Of a stretch of 18,986 bases of DNA, positions 18,715 through 18,986 are shown in pieces. The position numbers were made by a program, and so were the translations under genes. The notes beneath the pieces were generated by a model. The model did no database searches. It was given only the letters and a program-made list of their open reading frames with translations, and was not told the DNA's origin. This DNA comes from Amoeboradix gromovi X-113. Lineage: Eukaryota; Fungi; Sanchytriomycota. The stretch is taken from contig JADGIF010000115.1 in NCBI GenBank assembly GCA_018985225.1, positions 1 to 18,986 on the forward strand, in the 5' to 3' direction. How positions within the stretch are numbered: position 1 is the first letter of the stretch; the number at the start of each line of letters is the position of its first letter.

Positions 18715-18986
18715 GGGACACCGAATATAAAAACTAGACTAACTCGTTTTTAAGGTGCTCCATACAGAGGAAATGCTCTCATTAATAAAAGATCTTCTAT
18801 TATACCAATTTTCTTTCATTGATTGTATTCCTCTTTTCAAAATAAAACTAGAAGGCCCTGCATCTCGTTCAAATATATGAGGTCTTTGAGCATCTAAGCA
18901 AGAGGTTCATTTCTTAGACGGTACTCTTTCTTCATTTCATTTTGTAATGTTATACTAACATCATTACTCTTATCTATTCTAGTTTT
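18715..18986 (-). mobile_element. Second copy of the GGGACA TIR/Fanzor element (runs off the window)
   Basis: Direct repeat of about 2103-2365, preceded by ATAT. Minus strand 18900-18739 is an open frame, CLDAQRPHIFERDAGPSSFILKRGIQSMKENWYNRRSFINESISSVWSTLKTS*, with the stop inside the TIR. Confidence 0.88.

Noticed and set aside
1-18986. CRISPR array, tRNA or rRNA genes, or an intact transposase or intact Fanzor ORF
   Set aside because: No regularly spaced repeats or recognisable structural RNA genes were seen. All Fanzor-like pieces in this window are disrupted.

Overview
AT-rich, gene-dense eukaryotic DNA in the standard genetic code, most consistent with a compact, fast-evolving zoosporic (early-diverging) fungus. 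This is an inference from fungal-type genes plus centriolar LRRC45. Host genes: SIRT2/Hst2, RPL41, a RING-CH/MARCH-type ligase, a 29-aa Tom6-like micropeptide, a CUE/Def1-like protein, a Ca3427-like type-2 binding protein, a SAM methyltransferase, RPL31, a PAK-like probable pseudokinase, a cytochrome-b5/His-rich membrane fusion, LRRC45 and a hotdog thioesterase. Two things stand out. (1) Most intergenic spacers contain decayed fragments, mostly C-terminal, of Fanzor/TnpB-like RNA-guided nucleases (RuvC-II E..TS, CxxC...CxxC, RuvC-III RD). One sits in a 490-bp TIR element (30-bp GGGACA TIRs, ACTT TSD) whose ORF stop lies inside the TIR. A second copy of this element and an 83-bp ORF-less 'ghost'-like mini-element are also present. 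(2) Two split genes are repaired by ultra-short GT-AG introns of 19 and 21 nt, with the branch site fused to the 3' splice site. All protein assignments are by motif recognition and manual translation. No database search was run, and relic boundaries are approximate.
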